Positions 35,731 through 36,638 of a DNA stretch of 36,638 nucleotides are shown one piece after another. The position numbers and the translations under genes are program-made. Source of the stretch: a virus (taxonomy: Duplodnaviria > Caudoviricetes); the IMG/VR virus record IMGVR_UViG_3300020034_000048, positions 1 through 36,638 of that record. One strand, given 5' to 3'. The notes under the pieces were generated by a model that did not search any database, had not been told where the DNA came from, and worked only from the letters and a program-made list of their open reading frames with translations. Every line of letters begins with the position of its first letter. Within the stretch, counting starts at the first letter, position 1.

Positions 35731-35736
35731 ACCCTA
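35731..35736 (-). promoter_or_regulatory. Putative -10 box for the Y RNA array / rsr operon
   Basis: TAGGGT (TANNNT) 7 nt before the first RNA stem; no convincing -35. Confidence 0.45.
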
Positions 35737-35788
35737 CGACACCCCGACCATGATCGCGAGGGGGTTAAGATCAGACTGGCATGATTCT

Positions 35789-36421
35789 TCATAGCAGACT
35801 TGCACCCTTGATCATGTTGCAGCGCCGGTGAGCCAACTGGACGTTCTGCCGAGTGTCCGGACCACCCCGGGAGATCGGCACTATGTGATCAATAGTCGGC
35901 CCCCAGTCGTCCAGGCCGGACAACGTCATGTCGACCGCATACTTGCAGATCCCGCAGTGATCCCGGTCCCGCGCCGCGACCCATGCGAGGGTGTACGGCT
36001 CCGACGGCAGATCAAGCTTCAGCGCACGGCGCCGCCGGTTCTTGGCCACGTCGTAGTCGGGATGATCCTTGATCCATCGTCGCCGGGATTCCGCGTCACG
36101 GATCTTCTTAGCGGCAGACCGGGCATCACGGCATGACGGGCACAGGGGGACTGCCCTGCCGGTCACATCATCCGTGATGCCGCAGTCCGTACAGGGACGG
36201 AGGCTCACGAACGGCTTCCCGGTACGGGACGTGTAATGGCAAGTGGTCGAACAGTATTTTGCAGAGTATGAAGGGTAGAAGATCACCCCGCAGTAATCAC
36301 ATGCGTTCCGGCGTTCATTGCGCCTACATGATCGGCATTTCATCTGACCACTGACAGGGGTAGATCCATTCGTCTGCACAGGTCCAGTGCATACCGAACA
36401 TGATCCAGGCTTCCTTGGCAT
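35789..36421 (-). CDS. HNH endonuclease with N-terminal CxxC zinc-binding repeats
   Basis: RDRDHCGIC...TIDHIVPISRGGPDTRQNVQLAHRRCNMIKG; several CxxC pairs; start taken as ATG 36421. Confidence 0.9.
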   Translation of the reverse strand: MPRKPGSCSVCTGPVQTNGSTPVSGQMKCRSCRRNERRNACDYCGVIFYPSYSAKYCSTTCHYTSRTGKPFVSLRPCTDCGITDDVTGRAVPLCPSCRDARSAAKKIRDAESRRRWIKDHPDYDVAKNRRRRALKLDLPSEPYTLAWVAARDRDHCGICKYAVDMTLSGLDDWGPTIDHIVPISRGGPDTRQNVQLAHRRCNMIKGASLL

Positions 36422-36427
36422 ACCCCA

Positions 36428-36436
36428 ATAGTACCA
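36428..36436 (-). promoter_or_regulatory. Putative extended -10 for a leaderless HNH transcript
   Basis: TGG-TACTAT-N6-ATG. Confidence 0.5.
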
Positions 36437-36557
36437 TCGCATAAAGATCTCTGATGGTATGCAGGGCCCTCCGAGTGATCGCATAATTTGCGCATAAAAA
36501 CCATGATCACGGCCCCCAATATCCGTATTCAGAAATCCATTCAGAACTCTGAATACT

Positions 36558-36581
36558 CGATCATGCCCCTGACGTGCAGCT
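36558..36581. repeat. 24-bp direct repeat, copy 2
   Basis: CGATCATGCCCCTGACGTGCAGCT; 22/24 identical to 33263-33286. Confidence 0.75.
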
Positions 36582-36638
36582 TTGTATGATTCTGCATACT
36601 CGCGACCTTTTGAGATCTTAGAGAGAAATGAGAAAGAT

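Noticed and set aside
36480-36638. AT-rich end as cos site, origin or att site
   Set aside because: Plausible given the nearby HNH and late operon start, but no diagnostic sequence is visible and the window is truncated.
1-36638. Apparent abundance of GATC as a methyltransferase target signal
   Set aside because: Not counted; readily explained by ATC (Ile) codons following G-ending codons. A codon-aware k-mer test would be needed.

Overview
About 36.6 kb of a high-GC tailed phage (siphovirus-type; host probably Streptomyces or a close relative, inferred from the endolysin type and an LAXTG sorting signal). Nearly all genes are on the minus strand. In transcription order (right to left): HNH endonuclease; a tandem array of four or five structured Y-RNA-like ncRNAs directly upstream of a Ro60/TROVE gene; a block of small beta-rich virion-like genes containing a second HNH and a sortase-anchored Excalibur-type protein; ParB-like/DNA methyltransferase; small and large terminase; a portal carrying a C-terminal ADP-ribosyltransferase (ART) domain; a stand-alone ART; a fused prohead protease-major capsid ORF; head-tail and tail genes with a -1 frameshifted chaperone; a tape measure with two peptidoglycan hydrolase domains; minor tail and fiber genes; and a lysis cassette with two wall hydrolases. 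The two best candidate systems are (1) the Ro60 + multi-Y-RNA cassette, bracketed with an HNH gene by a 24-bp direct repeat, and (2) the portal-ART/free-ART pair sharing a RHG-x5-GY-x3-HPG tag. All calls come from reading motifs by eye; no searches or folding programs were run.
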